In this document: positions 27,118 to 39,361 of the stretch, piece by piece
How positions within the stretch are numbered: the stretch's first letter is position 1
How the letters are laid out: every line of letters starts with the position of its first letter
Source of the DNA: TPA_inf: Saccharomyces
Lineage: Eukaryota
Assembly (NCBI GenBank): GCA_000146045.2
Contig: BK006949.2
Coordinates: 448,001 to 512,000, forward strand
DNA: 64,000 bases
Direction of reading: 5' to 3'
Program-made: the position numbers and the translations under genes
Notes under the pieces: model-generated
What the model saw: the letters and a program-made list of their open reading frames with translations, nothing else
The model's database searches: none
Told to the model about the DNA's origin: nothing

Positions 27118-27741
27118 TTATTTCTTAATAAGGTGCTTTAATTTTTGAAAGGGAAGAAGCAACCATTTCCCAAAATATGGTGCTCCCCAGATACTAATGA
27201 AAATGCGTACCGGATATAGTAATTTTACTGTAACGTAGGCTACTGTGCCAGATAAAATCAACTTGTTTTTGTTGAGGCATTCCTGATATCTCTTACCAAC
27301 AAATTTCTCCATAGCTGTATGACAGCTATCCATTAGGCCATTTAAGAAGTTTGGGAGCTTAAAATCATCAGAAAGATCGAGGTTATAAAGTAACCACCAT
27401 AGTAGAAACAGTGGTAGTATGGCAGTTACCTCATGCAAGATGAAGAATGATGTAAGTGTTGGAACCGTGCCGGCCTCACTGAGGCGGTCGAAATAGTGTG
27501 AAAATTTAGGATTCTTGTTTAACCTTGTTAAAAGTCGTGACTTGGAAAATATTTTACGTAGTCTATCCTCCCTTCTTTTCACTGGATCTAAATTTCCCGA
27601 TATGAATCTAATTTGGGTTGATCCGCCGGGCCTGGTGTTCATAAACGTGGTCAATTGCGTTGGCCTTTTAAGCATGAGCTCCAACGGTCCAGAGCCCATC
27701 TGCAGTTGACAGGGCCTGAAGAAAAGATTCATGACAGTCAT
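27118..27741 (-). CDS. Mitochondrial membrane protein of unclear function (YPL041C/MRX11-like)
   Basis: The 207-aa ORF has predicted transmembrane segments. Position and length fit YPL041C. Confidence 0.65.
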   Translation of the reverse strand: MTVMNLFFRPCQLQMGSGPLELMLKRPTQLTTFMNTRPGGSTQIRFISGNLDPVKRREDRLRKIFSKSRLLTRLNKNPKFSHYFDRLSEAGTVPTLTSFFILHEVTAILPLFLLWWLLYNLDLSDDFKLPNFLNGLMDSCHTAMEKFVGKRYQECLNKNKLILSGTVAYVTVKLLYPVRIFISIWGAPYFGKWLLLPFQKLKHLIKK

Positions 27742-27992
27742 GTTCCTGGTGAGGGTGCCTTGGGTGTAACACTTATCCTTACACGGTCTCTCAAAAGCAA
27801 TATTTTTACATTTCTCTTCTTTGCTTCCTGTTCGTATAACGCGCTGAGAGCTGGTAAGAACAATAGGCCGAGGCCCTGCATCAAAATGTCAGTAGGGGAC
27901 CTGTTAGGTACCCACTAATAAGTACAAGAGGGTTTTTATTTTCTAAGAGCCAATAATTGGCATTCTTTATATACAGGAAAGGTACATGTCAT

Positions 27993-30900
27993 TCAAGACA
28001 TGAGATGATCCACAGCTTCTTTACATCTGTCACACAATTTATCCTCTTCGGCTGAGTTGGCCTTCCAACATCTGGGACAGTTGTGCCTTTTGCTTCGTTC
28101 AACCAATATTTGAACGTTTATTCCGCTTCCCAATTCAATAGTTGGTAGACTGTTATTATTATCGTCCATTTGCAATATATCAACAGCAGATGATTGCAAT
28201 ATGTCGCAAAGCTCGTCAGAACTGAATGGGAGGTGATGCTTGGTGAAAATGGTAACGTGACTATGTGTTGTTTTGGTGACACCTTCTTCTAGACTTAACC
28301 TCTTGAATTCCTCCTGGAACTGTTTTAGAATTTTTAGTTCAAAGTTTTCAAAGGAGGTGACGATTTCCGTATTTGAGTCCAAAAACGGCCATTTTCCACG
28401 CATCGGATTAATGTCTATATGTTCTTGTCCTTGTAACCATCCTTCTGGTATATACTTCCATACTTCTTGGACCATAACGGGTAATATTGGTGCAAGAATT
28501 GCCCTATATGCATTTAGTATATGGACAAGCGTTGTTTGGACCTGCCTTCTTGCCAATGACGATATTTGGTTGGAATATAAAATATCCTTTGAGATATCAA
28601 AATAAAACGCCGATAGCTCGTTATTTAAATGATATTGTAGAGTAATGAGAACCTTGGAAAAGTTGTACTTTTGGTAGTGTTCTCTCGTCGTTTCCAGCAG
28701 TTCGTTTATCTTATACAAGGTATATTGATCAACACGGCGTAATTGTTCAATCGGCAAAAGGTTGAAATCTTGGGACTTCTGTAAATTACTCAATAAATAG
28801 CGAAAAGTTAGTCTAACCTTTTTTAGAGCTTCTCCTACATGTTTCATCACAGTCGGGCCAGCAACTATATCAGTTGTGAAATTCGATTGTGCTATCAGAT
28901 ACCTCAAGCCATCAACACCCAAAGCTGGTAAGCCTAAGTTTTCATCGCCTCGAATTATTGCTTCGGGAGAAATTGTATTTCCCACAGATTTTGACATTTT
29001 CAGACCATTCTCATCTAGGGTAAAACCATGAGTAATCACTTCTTCATATGGTGCAACAGGGACATTACTTGATGCTACTTTTGTTAGCAGTGAACTTTGA
29101 AACCATCCTCTATGTTGATCAGATCCTTCTAGACAAACTTGGTACAGGGGGGATGGGAGTTTTGACAACTTTAAGCTTTTTTCATAAAAGTCTTTGATCA
29201 CACTCCATGACGACCCACTATCAAACCACACATCCATAGTATCTTGAGAACGACAGTATTCATGCGCTACGTCGTGATATTTTTCTGGCAACCATTCTTT
29301 CATGTCATTATCTTTATCGTTAAACCATGCATTAATTCCTTTTTGTTTGATTTTTTCTATGGCATGTGCCAAAATTTCTGAATTCATCAAAACAGAATCC
29401 GGTTCGCTCTTCTTGTAAAAGCTTAATATAGGGATACCCCATGAGCGTTGCCTAGATATGCACCATTCATTTCTGCTTTTCATAAAGGATGAAAGTCTTG
29501 AATAGCCTCTTTTAGGACAAAACTTGACGCGGCTGATGCTTTCCAGAGCCAAGTTTTTTACATCGTGTAAATCTGCAAACCACTGTGGAGTAGCTCTTAT
29601 TATGACAGGTTTCTTGGATCTCCAGTCGTACGGATAAGAATGCGTGTATTCGTGAGATTTGTAAAGTAAATTAAGGTCGCTTAACTTACATAGAATGATT
29701 TTCGCGGTTTCGGCATCCAATACTTGCCTACCTTTTGTTAAGTCTCCTTCATCTCTCACGATGGATCTGACGGACTGAGGAAGTTCATTTAATTGGTAGC
29801 GGCCCTGGTGATCCACGGGAGAATAAATTTCAAGACCATTTTGAATACCAATGAGATAGTCATCCTGTCCATGCCCTGGTGCTGTATGAACCAATCCAGT
29901 CCCTGTACCGCTGGTAACGTGTGCACCATGTAATAAGGGCCTGCCAACCTTATCGTCTACTAAGAGGTTTTGATAATATAGCCCATTTAGATGAGTTCCT
30001 TGAAACTGTTTGATAGTCTCAAATGAGTTAGTTGTTAGGCCCAATTTATCAATGGAGCCGGTCTCTACAAGGATAAGTTCACTATTTAAGCGTAATAGGG
30101 AGTAGGAAAAATCCTGATTGAAACAGATTGCTCGATTAGAGAGAAGAGTCCATGGAGTACTGGTCCAAATCAAACAGTATATAGGCAAGTTATTCGTTAT
30201 TCCTAGTTTTTTGCACAGATCCATCTGGGATTTCTTTTCAAGAGGAAATTTAACATAAGCAGCGATGGATTTATGGTTTTCATTATATTCTAATTCGCCC
30301 TCTGCTAACGCTGTTCTAGTTTCTGTACCCCAGTAAACCGGTTTGTTCTGTCTCTTAATCAGTCCTCTTTCGTACATTTCTTTAAAAATATTTAGCTGAT
30401 TAATTTCATAGTCTTTATCCATTGTTAGGTATGGTGTTTCCCAGTCCGTTAAGATGGCAAAATGTTGGAAAGTTTCCCTTTGCCTCTTGATTGCCTTTTG
30501 TGCATGTTTTAAAGCCATTGACCTGATTTTTAAAGGCGATATTGACTCGATCTGTTGCGCGCTTAAATCTTTCAAAGCTTTAATCTCGATGGGTAGTCCA
30601 TGACAATCCCAGCCAGGCTTATAAAAAATGTACTTCCCCTGTGAAAGTTGATATCTGTTTATGATATCTTTCAGAATTTTATTTAGAGCATGACCGAGAT
30701 GGAGCTCGCCGTTGGCATAGGGCGGTCCATCATGTAAGATGAACAACTTTTCTTTAATGAACTCTAATTTTTCATCAGTCGTATTAAGCTTTGAAAATTC
30801 TTCGAAGAAATCACGTAGCTGCTCCTTGTAAACTAACTGCGAAGATTTTGGTATTAATTCCCTCAATGTAATCTCTAAGTTTGATCTATTAGGGAATTTG

Positions 30901-31001
30901 GTCTTGGGCAAGTTTAATGTTTTTTGGTAGGCATGTTTGGCGAGATATCGCTTGCTAATAATGCTAAAGATATGTTGAGGCACAAGCCTGGAGCGCTTCA
31001 T
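27993..31001 (-). CDS. ISM1: Mitochondrial isoleucyl-tRNA synthetase (class I aaRS)
   Basis: The 1002-aa ORF has a HIGH motif (PPYANGELHLGHAL), a KMSKS motif (GLKMSKSVGN) and a C-terminal Zn-binding Cys cluster. Confidence 0.92.
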   Translation of the reverse strand: MKRSRLVPQHIFSIISKRYLAKHAYQKTLNLPKTKFPNRSNLEITLRELIPKSSQLVYKEQLRDFFEEFSKLNTTDEKLEFIKEKLFILHDGPPYANGELHLGHALNKILKDIINRYQLSQGKYIFYKPGWDCHGLPIEIKALKDLSAQQIESISPLKIRSMALKHAQKAIKRQRETFQHFAILTDWETPYLTMDKDYEINQLNIFKEMYERGLIKRQNKPVYWGTETRTALAEGELEYNENHKSIAAYVKFPLEKKSQMDLCKKLGITNNLPIYCLIWTSTPWTLLSNRAICFNQDFSYSLLRLNSELILVETGSIDKLGLTTNSFETIKQFQGTHLNGLYYQNLLVDDKVGRPLLHGAHVTSGTGTGLVHTAPGHGQDDYLIGIQNGLEIYSPVDHQGRYQLNELPQSVRSIVRDEGDLTKGRQVLDAETAKIILCKLSDLNLLYKSHEYTHSYPYDWRSKKPVIIRATPQWFADLHDVKNLALESISRVKFCPKRGYSRLSSFMKSRNEWCISRQRSWGIPILSFYKKSEPDSVLMNSEILAHAIEKIKQKGINAWFNDKDNDMKEWLPEKYHDVAHEYCRSQDTMDVWFDSGSSWSVIKDFYEKSLKLSKLPSPLYQVCLEGSDQHRGWFQSSLLTKVASSNVPVAPYEEVITHGFTLDENGLKMSKSVGNTISPEAIIRGDENLGLPALGVDGLRYLIAQSNFTTDIVAGPTVMKHVGEALKKVRLTFRYLLSNLQKSQDFNLLPIEQLRRVDQYTLYKINELLETTREHYQKYNFSKVLITLQYHLNNELSAFYFDISKDILYSNQISSLARRQVQTTLVHILNAYRAILAPILPVMVQEVWKYIPEGWLQGQEHIDINPMRGKWPFLDSNTEIVTSFENFELKILKQFQEEFKRLSLEEGVTKTTHSHVTIFTKHHLPFSSDELCDILQSSAVDILQMDDNNNSLPTIELGSGINVQILVERSKRHNCPRCWKANSAEEDKLCDRCKEAVDHLMS

Positions 31002-31224
31002 AAGTAGCTAAAGATCGTTCTTAGTATACTGTGTTCCATAACTTCTAGCCTTGGTCCTTTATATTTGCTGTTTTTCTGCGTTTCTTAACTCGCTTGCGGA
31101 AAAAGAATCGACATTTTCAGAACAGGATTTTATTGTTTTTAAAGTACATTATATGGGGCGACACATCATCGCCATCTATGTTAAATATTTAAAGAATACG
31201 GGGTAGAATTATTCACGCTGGGGG

Positions 31225-32175
31225 ATGCTGAAAGAGGAGTATAATTTGAGCGGTGCTGATAACATGGCATCTGCTGAGTTGTCATTTAAAAAGCAAAAAG
31301 TGGTATTGAAAAAGTTCATGATAGCGCAAGTGACTAAGGGGATTATGCAGCGGTATGCGAGCCTATTAGTTACCATGCCTAGTGATGATGACAATGCAAT
31401 TATTGGCACAAATCATTTGAAAACAACCAAATTTTTAGAAATAATCCTACACAGAGCCAAATCATCGCATTTACAGTTCAAAAAGGTCTGTTGCATTGTC
31501 ATCAAGTTTCTAGATTGCTGCTCGAAGGAAACTAACTACATGAAGTTTTTAAAGTTCAGCTTACACAAACTATTTGTAGCTGCTTTCATCTTAAGTGTGC
31601 CAAATGTTGTAGGCGATGACCGCGACAGGATTACCACGAGGGATGAAACCTATCATCTCTATTCCCAGATAACAGGCTTGCCACTGGAAGAAGTGATAAA
31701 TTGTTGTTCTATTGTGAGGCCTGTACTTATTCGGCGGAGTAGACAACAACGCAGGCAAATGTTATCTCGACGTGAACAACATTCGTACTTCCTCAGAAGT
31801 TCTTTTATGAACTCCAATTCATCAGCATCACCTTTTTTCTCTACCAATAGGTCAGCTGATGATCTACATGTACATACAAGGGCATACTCGCTTCATAGCC
31901 ATTCCGATGGGGAAGGCCAAGATAGGCGGTCGGAACATGAAGAAACGCATAGCATGGGGGCTGATGCCGATACATATCGACAAACTACGTTTATCCCAGA
32001 CACACCAAATGGTTTGCATTCTAGATCATTAATTGAGTGTGGGATCGAACCCACCCAAGTAAGTGACTCTGGTGAATGGTCGGGTCAAAGTAACGGATAT
32101 GTTTTGGTGACAGAATTACAGGAGTTTAACAAAATGGGTAAAAAGTTAGTACAAGAAGCTTTTAGGATAGTTTAA
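31225..32175 (+). CDS. Uncharacterised protein (YPL039W-like)
   Basis: I saw no recognisable domain in this 316-aa ORF. It is divergent from ISM1, with a 223-bp shared promoter. Confidence 0.6.
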
Positions 32176-32534
32176 TAAAGTATGGTTTGTCGTTTTGTTC
32201 ATCATTCAAGGGTCATTTTTATTTCCATTTATGATTTCTTGAGTACAAAAGGCAAAAAAAACATGTATAATTATACACAAGAAAAAAAAACAAAACAAAA
32301 GAACACTTTCACACAAGCAAGTATATATTATGAGAATTTTTTCGAGTCTTACAGAACCATATCTTGCCTCTAAATTTTAGTCTAAAAATTTTGCTAGCCC
32401 ATCAATTTTTTTTTTGTTCTAATGCAAAATATAACATGGGTAAGAAAAAGAAAAAGCCGTTCCTCAGTACGTAAAGAGATTTGATCATTAACAAGTTGGG
32501 CTCAATATACACAGTCGATAGTCTATATGTGCAT

Positions 32535-33068
32535 ATGAAACTGGCGCAAGACATGAATGTAGATGAAATATTTCTCAAACAAGCGGCAGAAGCTATAGCG
32601 GTAATCTCATCAAGTCCCACTCATACGGACCCCATAATACGAGAGCTACTCCACAGAATTCGACAATCCAGCCCATTGAGCGCAGTTATACCAGCACCAG
32701 AAAATGTTTTAAAGGCTGGGGAGCCGGAAAATATGGCTAGAGGTCTTATAAGGATTCCAGAAACACAAACAAAAAGAACAGGAGGTAACAACCATAGCAA
32801 GGAAGGCGCACAGCTCTACAGCTGTGCGAAATGTCAGTTGAAATTCAGCAGAAGTTCTGATCTGAGAAGACATGAAAAGGTACACTCACTCGTGCTGCCG
32901 CATATTTGCTCAAACTGTGGCAAAGGGTTTGCCAGGAAGGATGCTCTAAAAAGACATTCTAACACACTGACCTGTCAAAGAAACAGAAAGAAACTAAGTG
33001 AAGGTTCAGACGTTGATGTAGATGAGCTCATCAAGGATGCGATAAAGAATGGTACCGGCCTGTTGTAA
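32535..33068 (+). CDS. MET31: C2H2 zinc-finger transcription factor of sulfur metabolism
   Basis: The ORF is 177 aa from MKLAQDMN. It has two C2H2 fingers (YSCAKCQLKFSRSSDLRRHEKVH and CSNCGKGFARKDALKRH). Confidence 0.85.
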   Translation: MKLAQDMNVDEIFLKQAAEAIAVISSSPTHTDPIIRELLHRIRQSSPLSAVIPAPENVLKAGEPENMARGLIRIPETQTKRTGGNNHSKEGAQLYSCAKCQLKFSRSSDLRRHEKVHSLVLPHICSNCGKGFARKDALKRHSNTLTCQRNRKKLSEGSDVDVDELIKDAIKNGTGLL

Positions 33069-33427
33069 GGCTAGAGGAAAACGTATTTGTCTCCATCAGC
33101 ACACCTACACATACATATATAGATAGATATATACTTTAGCCATTGAGATAAGTAGAATAAAAAAACGTTGTAATATTCCGATACAGTTAGTGACATGTTC
33201 TCTACTTTTGCCAATTTTTTGCGCACAAAGTGGTGACGTACAAGTTCATCATTTCACGTGTGCAGCATAGTGTGGTATATTGTTTTTTTATATTTTATTT
33301 TTTATTTTTTTTTTTTTGCAGAAAACAGTGTTTGTATTATATGCTTTAGATATGCTAAAAAAAATGAAAAAAAATGGAACAAAATATGTGTTTTTTTATT
33401 TAACGTTAAAATTAAAGATTAAGTTAT

Positions 33428-33901
33428 TTATTCGACGTCAGCATCAAAAGTTTGACCTTCAACTAACTCTGGAATAGCTTCATCCTTCTTTTCAGCATCA
33501 GCTGGAGCCTTGGCTTCGTGCTTTTCCATTTGGGCAGCCAATTGAGACAAGGCTTGGATGGCTTCAGGGCCCAATTGAGAGATAATACCTGGGAACAAAT
33601 CTTGCAAGTTCTTTTCCTGTGGTAGACCGTAGAATACAGAAGTGTTGTGTTGAGCAGCAACTTGGACACCGACCTTGTTGAAGTGCATGACCTTACCGTC
33701 GTCCTTGAAAAAGTTGGCTTCGGCGACGTTGTCAATGGTGACAGCGTGCAACTTAGCTAATTGACTTTGCAACTTGGTGTCATCCTTGTTGGCACCGGCA
33801 GAAGAGCCTGCCTTCTTGTTAAGCTTTCTTCTAGTACCACCAACTTTGTTGTTAGCAGACAACTTTTGTAGCTTAGCTAATTTTTCTTGGTCAATTGGCA
33901 T
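33428..33901 (-). CDS. EGD1: Nascent-polypeptide-associated complex beta subunit
   Basis: The 157-aa ORF begins [14 protein letters not shown].... It has a NAC domain. Confidence 0.9.
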
Positions 33902-34665
33902 TATGAATTATGAGTCGCGTCTGGTGTGAGATGTTCTATTCTTAAACCTCCCTAGAAAGAATATTCGCTCTCTTGTGACAAAGGAGGGGTTACTACTTAA
34001 CAAGCAATTGCAGCTGTTTCCACTACGAAATCTTCCAATGTCAACGAAAAAAATTCAAAAATTTTCTGCTTTTTTTTTCAACATCTGCCGTACTAAATGA
34101 TTCCACAATAATCCATCATATACCATTACCCTGATTCCCATCGAAGAAAAGGCGGTGTCCCCTTACCCGTCCGCTCATGCCAAGAGATTAATTCATAACC
34201 GCTCTTCCTTGGATCAGAAGTGAACATATGAAGTTGCAACTACTACATACTTACTACCGTAGTCCATCATCAAGGACCCAAACATTCACGACTCCAGCGC
34301 GCCACGTTCTTCGCCATACTGCTTAACATTTTGGTACGAGTGCGAATTAGGGAAGTCGATGATAAAATAGAATATGCGAAAAAGAGGAAGAGCAGCCGTG
34401 AGAAAAAAGAAAAAAAAAGGCCTAAGGTATTCTCTACTCCAAAATCGTCGAGGGAGGGCAAAAGAAATTTTTTTTGTTTAAGGGAATTGCGAAGTCAATT
34501 GATTGATGAAGTAGCTTCTCTGGAAAAATGGCGGACAGACGCTGCTCAAATAACCGTCGAAGGGGGAAAGGTTATCGGTGGAAACATATTTGTAAGTACA
34601 TAATAGTGAATTTACTTCTTGTCGGCGTCCCCTAAACGTAATTGGCGGTGTGATGGTACTTCGTT

Positions 34666-34673
34666 ATATAAAG
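34666..34673 (+). promoter_or_regulatory. TATA box (TATATAAA) about 170 bp upstream of the PMA2 ATG
   Basis: An exact TATATAAA lies at the usual yeast distance from the start codon. Confidence 0.5.
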
Positions 34674-34842
34674 GTGTGTAATATCCTCTTTTACCATCTA
34701 TTATTTCTTCCAGCATTTCTTGCTGGATAACCTACTGTATCCAAGCTACTGGGCTTTTTTAAACATACCCATAACTTTTTTTTTTTCATTTTTCGTTGCT
34801 GTGTGCTAGTACAATTTAAGCAAAAGGAAACTGTTTTGCGTT

Positions 34843-37686
34843 ATGTCTTCCACTGAAGCAAAGCAATACAAGGAGAAACCCTCGAAAGAGTACCTCCATG
34901 CCAGTGATGGCGATGACCCTGCAAATAATTCTGCCGCTTCTTCGTCATCTTCGTCTTCTACATCAACTTCCGCCTCGTCATCGGCTGCAGCCGTTCCACG
35001 GAAGGCCGCAGCCGCTTCTGCCGCTGATGATTCTGACTCAGATGAAGATATAGACCAATTGATTGATGAACTACAATCTAACTACGGTGAGGGTGATGAA
35101 TCTGGTGAAGAAGAAGTACGTACTGATGGGGTGCACGCTGGCCAAAGGGTTGTTCCTGAAAAGGACCTTTCTACGGACCCTGCGTATGGTTTGACTTCGG
35201 ATGAAGTCGCCAGGAGAAGAAAGAAATATGGGTTAAATCAAATGGCTGAGGAGAATGAATCGTTGATTGTGAAGTTTTTGATGTTCTTCGTAGGGCCTAT
35301 TCAATTCGTTATGGAGGCTGCTGCTATTTTGGCTGCCGGTTTGTCTGATTGGGTTGATGTCGGTGTCATCTGTGCTTTACTGCTATTAAACGCATCTGTC
35401 GGATTTATTCAAGAATTCCAGGCAGGTTCCATCGTAGACGAGCTGAAAAAGACGTTGGCCAATACTGCAACAGTTATTAGAGATGGCCAATTGATCGAAA
35501 TTCCGGCTAATGAGGTAGTTCCTGGTGAGATTTTGCAATTGGAAAGTGGCACAATTGCTCCCGCAGATGGTCGTATTGTCACTGAAGACTGTTTTTTGCA
35601 GATCGATCAATCGGCCATCACTGGTGAATCCTTAGCCGCTGAAAAGCATTACGGTGATGAGGTGTTCTCCTCATCCACTGTGAAAACCGGCGAGGCTTTT
35701 ATGGTTGTTACTGCCACTGGTGACAATACCTTCGTCGGTAGGGCTGCCGCCTTAGTGGGGCAGGCTTCCGGTGTAGAGGGCCATTTCACTGAAGTATTGA
35801 ATGGAATTGGTATTATCTTACTTGTTCTAGTTATCGCTACTTTGTTGTTGGTCTGGACCGCATGTTTCTATAGAACGGTCGGTATTGTAAGCATTTTGAG
35901 ATATACTTTGGGTATAACCATCATTGGTGTCCCAGTCGGTTTGCCAGCAGTTGTTACCACGACCATGGCTGTCGGTGCAGCTTACTTGGCTAAGAAGCAA
36001 GCCATTGTTCAAAAGTTATCTGCTATTGAATCCCTTGCTGGTGTTGAGATTTTATGTTCTGACAAGACTGGTACTTTAACCAAAAACAAGTTATCTTTAC
36101 ACGAACCCTACACTGTCGAAGGCGTTTCTCCGGACGACTTGATGTTGACCGCTTGTTTAGCTGCCTCTAGAAAGAAGAAAGGTTTGGATGCTATTGATAA
36201 GGCTTTTTTGAAGTCATTGATTGAGTATCCAAAAGCTAAAGACGCCCTGACCAAGTACAAAGTTTTGGAATTCCATCCGTTCGACCCTGTCTCAAAAAAG
36301 GTTACCGCTGTTGTAGAATCCCCAGAAGGTGAAAGAATTGTTTGTGTCAAGGGAGCCCCATTGTTTGTCTTGAAGACTGTTGAAGAAGATCACCCAATTC
36401 CGGAAGATGTGCATGAAAACTACGAAAATAAGGTTGCTGAACTAGCTTCTAGAGGTTTCCGTGCTTTAGGTGTTGCTAGAAAGAGAGGGGAAGGTCACTG
36501 GGAAATCTTGGGTGTTATGCCATGTATGGACCCCCCTAGAGATGACACCGCTCAAACAATCAATGAGGCCAGAAACCTTGGTTTGAGAATCAAGATGTTA
36601 ACCGGTGACGCTGTTGGTATCGCGAAAGAAACGTGTAGGCAATTAGGACTTGGTACAAACATTTATAACGCAGAAAGGTTAGGTCTGGGAGGTGGAGGTG
36701 ATATGCCTGGTTCAGAGTTGGCTGATTTTGTTGAAAATGCCGATGGTTTCGCAGAAGTTTTCCCACAGCATAAATACAGAGTCGTTGAAATCTTGCAAAA
36801 CAGAGGTTACTTGGTTGCTATGACTGGTGATGGTGTTAACGATGCCCCATCTTTGAAGAAGGCTGATACTGGTATTGCTGTCGAAGGTGCTACCGATGCT
36901 GCCAGATCAGCCGCTGATATTGTTTTCTTGGCCCCTGGTCTCTCTGCTATTATTGATGCCTTAAAGACTTCTAGACAGATTTTCCACAGAATGTACTCCT
37001 ATGTTGTTTATCGTATTGCCCTATCCTTACATTTGGAGATTTTCCTGGGTTTATGGATTGCTATTTTAAACAACTCTTTGGATATCAATTTGATCGTTTT
37101 TATTGCTATTTTCGCAGACGTTGCCACTTTAACTATTGCTTATGACAATGCTCCTTATGCTCCTGAACCTGTGAAATGGAACCTACCAAGATTATGGGGT
37201 ATGTCTATTATTTTGGGCATAGTTTTAGCTATAGGTTCTTGGATTACTTTAACCACCATGTTCTTGCCTAATGGTGGTATTATCCAAAATTTTGGTGCCA
37301 TGAATGGTGTCATGTTCCTGCAGATTTCACTAACTGAAAATTGGTTAATTTTTGTCACTAGAGCTGCTGGCCCATTCTGGTCTTCCATTCCATCGTGGCA
37401 GTTAGCCGGTGCCGTTTTCGCCGTTGATATTATTGCTACCATGTTTACCTTATTTGGCTGGTGGTCTGAAAACTGGACTGATATTGTGTCAGTCGTTCGT
37501 GTCTGGATTTGGTCCATTGGTATTTTTTGTGTATTGGGAGGATTTTACTATATTATGTCCACGTCTCAAGCCTTTGATAGGTTGATGAATGGTAAGTCAT
37601 TAAAGGAAAAGAAGTCTACAAGAAGTGTCGAAGATTTCATGGCTGCTATGCAAAGAGTTTCTACTCAACACGAAAAAAGCAGTTAG
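34843..37686 (+). CDS. PMA2: Plasma-membrane H+-ATPase (P3A-type), the minor isoform
   Basis: The 947-aa ORF has the phosphorylation site CSDKTGTLT and the [16 protein letters not shown] motif. Its Ser/Ala-rich N-terminal extension makes it longer than the 918-aa PMA1. Its neighbours, EGD1 and MET31, fit YPL036W. Confidence 0.9.
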   Translation: MSSTEAKQYKEKPSKEYLHASDGDDPANNSAASSSSSSSTSTSASSSAAAVPRKAAAASAADDSDSDEDIDQLIDELQSNYGEGDESGEEEVRTDGVHAGQRVVPEKDLSTDPAYGLTSDEVARRRKKYGLNQMAEENESLIVKFLMFFVGPIQFVMEAAAILAAGLSDWVDVGVICALLLLNASVGFIQEFQAGSIVDELKKTLANTATVIRDGQLIEIPANEVVPGEILQLESGTIAPADGRIVTEDCFLQIDQSAITGESLAAEKHYGDEVFSSSTVKTGEAFMVVTATGDNTFVGRAAALVGQASGVEGHFTEVLNGIGIILLVLVIATLLLVWTACFYRTVGIVSILRYTLGITIIGVPVGLPAVVTTTMAVGAAYLAKKQAIVQKLSAIESLAGVEILCSDKTGTLTKNKLSLHEPYTVEGVSPDDLMLTACLAASRKKKGLDAIDKAFLKSLIEYPKAKDALTKYKVLEFHPFDPVSKKVTAVVESPEGERIVCVKGAPLFVLKTVEEDHPIPEDVHENYENKVAELASRGFRALGVARKRGEGHWEILGVMPCMDPPRDDTAQTINEARNLGLRIKMLTGDAVGIAKETCRQLGLGTNIYNAERLGLGGGGDMPGSELADFVENADGFAEVFPQHKYRVVEILQNRGYLVAMTGDGVNDAPSLKKADTGIAVEGATDAARSAADIVFLAPGLSAIIDALKTSRQIFHRMYSYVVYRIALSLHLEIFLGLWIAILNNSLDINLIVFIAIFADVATLTIAYDNAPYAPEPVKWNLPRLWGMSIILGIVLAIGSWITLTTMFLPNGGIIQNFGAMNGVMFLQISLTENWLIFVTRAAGPFWSSIPSWQLAGAVFAVDIIATMFTLFGWWSENWTDIVSVVRVWIWSIGIFCVLGGFYYIMSTSQAFDRLMNGKSLKEKKSTRSVEDFMAAMQRVSTQHEKSS

Positions 37687-37925
37687 TAATTTTAAACATC
37701 ATCCATCTGATTTTTTTTCTTATTGATCTCCTTTTTGTTATTCCTCATTTTCATTTCAATTTGTCGATACCAAGGAAGCCAAGACGTTATAAAAGAACAC
37801 GGTCAACAAAAATCAAATTAATGCCTCTTCAATTGTGCTCTGTTTGATACCTTCGATATGATGTTACAGTTTTAAAGTTTACACACAAGTTTTTAGACTA
37901 AGTGGCATCATATCTGTCAATTTTA

Positions 37926-37950
37926 TCACACACACACACACACACACACA
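37926..37950. repeat. (CA)12 dinucleotide microsatellite in the PMA2 3' flank
   Basis: The sequence reads cacacacacacacacacacacacac. Confidence 0.95.
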
Positions 37951-38711
37951 CAAACAAACATATCCACATATCAGAAGTAGGCCGATCTTTTGCTTGATTG
38001 GATGCAAATTCATATGGAAAATTTTTTTCATATTATTTCGTGTTCTTTTGACTATTTTCCTCTCCAAAAAGGAAGAATCATTCCAATAACAACACACGAA
38101 TTCCCATCCAACATGGTGAAATGACTAAATATTTTTTTTTTCGAAACATTAAATCAATCTAATTCTTAATTTTTAATAAACATATAATGCACACTTATTT
38201 ACATACAAGCACATTGCACGTATTATATCAGTTTCTTCTTTTATGTTGATATATTTTTCTAATAATGTTATTATCATGTAGTCGTGTATGTGCGCCTCTC
38301 CCGCGAGAAGTCCAACACCATAAGAAATCAAATGTCAAGAGAAATAAAGAATTGTTTCCCATCATAGATAAGACTATATCAGAAAAGTGCTCATCAAAGC
38401 TAAATCTATTATGAGATGTCTTAGGCATAACAAAAAAGGGAGAGCGGTGCAAGATAAACATACCGTCGGATAAAAAGTACTGTCATTATCATCAGTGGCA
38501 AGATGCAAGGTACACACGGGCACCAAGAGATAATGCGCAAAATAAACCGGGTTTTATTTACATCTATACATACAGTAACCTCTTTGAATCATACATATCT
38601 GAAAAGACGGTAGATTTAAAATGGCTATTTATTGATGAGTCAATAGTTCGGACTAATGGTAAAAAGAAGAGACAATGGGTAGACAGAGACTTTATTCTAT
38701 GTAAGATAGGA

Positions 38712-39209
38712 ATGACCACTCGAAAAACAGTAGATTCAAGACTTTTAGAATGGCAAACCACATGCAAGCATCCAGTGATAAACTTGACTCCAGAGAAAGT
38801 CGATAAATTATACCACTTGAAATTGAAAAGTGAAAGCAAAAATATCAGTTCAAACAGGCTATTGCCCATTTCATTATCAAGCTTACAAAAAAAAATGGAG
38901 AAACTTTTCATCAAAGATAAAAGTCACTCACACAAGCCTTCCCTTCCAGATCCTAAGGTGCCAACCCTACGCACTTATAAAGATGGTGGATTTTTCATTA
39001 GCGGAAAAGGTTCAATGAAACTACCAGATATCGAAAGCGCTATTCATAAATTTTTATGGAAGAAATACGGGAAAGGATTGGTTTACTGTTATGGGTGTGA
39101 TCCAACTGGAAAAAAGAGGCATACAGAGTGGTTCAATGTGCCTGTATTGGAGCTACCATCAGTACTAAGACTTATTGATTCTTATTGCCTTGGAGGAGAA
39201 TCTCGTTAG
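38712..39209 (+). CDS. Uncharacterised protein (YPL034W-like)
   Basis: A 165-aa ORF with no recognisable motif. Position fits YPL034W. Confidence 0.55.
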   Translation: MTTRKTVDSRLLEWQTTCKHPVINLTPEKVDKLYHLKLKSESKNISSNRLLPISLSSLQKKMEKLFIKDKSHSHKPSLPDPKVPTLRTYKDGGFFISGKGSMKLPDIESAIHKFLWKKYGKGLVYCYGCDPTGKKRHTEWFNVPVLELPSVLRLIDSYCLGGESR

Positions 39210-39361
39210 ACTTAAAAAAAATTTTTTGGCCTATTCTGGCCGGTTTATTCAAATTATTTATCATCATAAAAATTGTAGTGTTACCTTTCTTTTCCTTGAA
39301 TTATTTATAGAAATATATGTGCTTAGCAATTTTATCACTGTTACTTCGATTTGTAGTACCC

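Noticed and set aside
33250-33262. CACGTG E-box (Cbf1/Pho4 site) near 33254..33259
   Set aside because: It lies in the 3'-3' convergent gap between MET31 and EGD1, not in a promoter. It is most likely a chance hexamer.
37155-37517. 120-aa ORF on the minus strand overlapping the 3' end of PMA2
   Set aside because: It is antisense to a highly conserved P-type ATPase C-terminal membrane domain and has no protein-like features. I treat it as dubious (YPL035C-like).
34843-37686. Considered PMA1 instead of PMA2 for the H+-ATPase
   Set aside because: The product is 947 aa with an extended Ser/Ala-rich N-terminus, and it is flanked by EGD1/MET31 and YPL034W/SRL4. That fits PMA2 on chromosome XVI, not the 918-aa PMA1 on chromosome VII.
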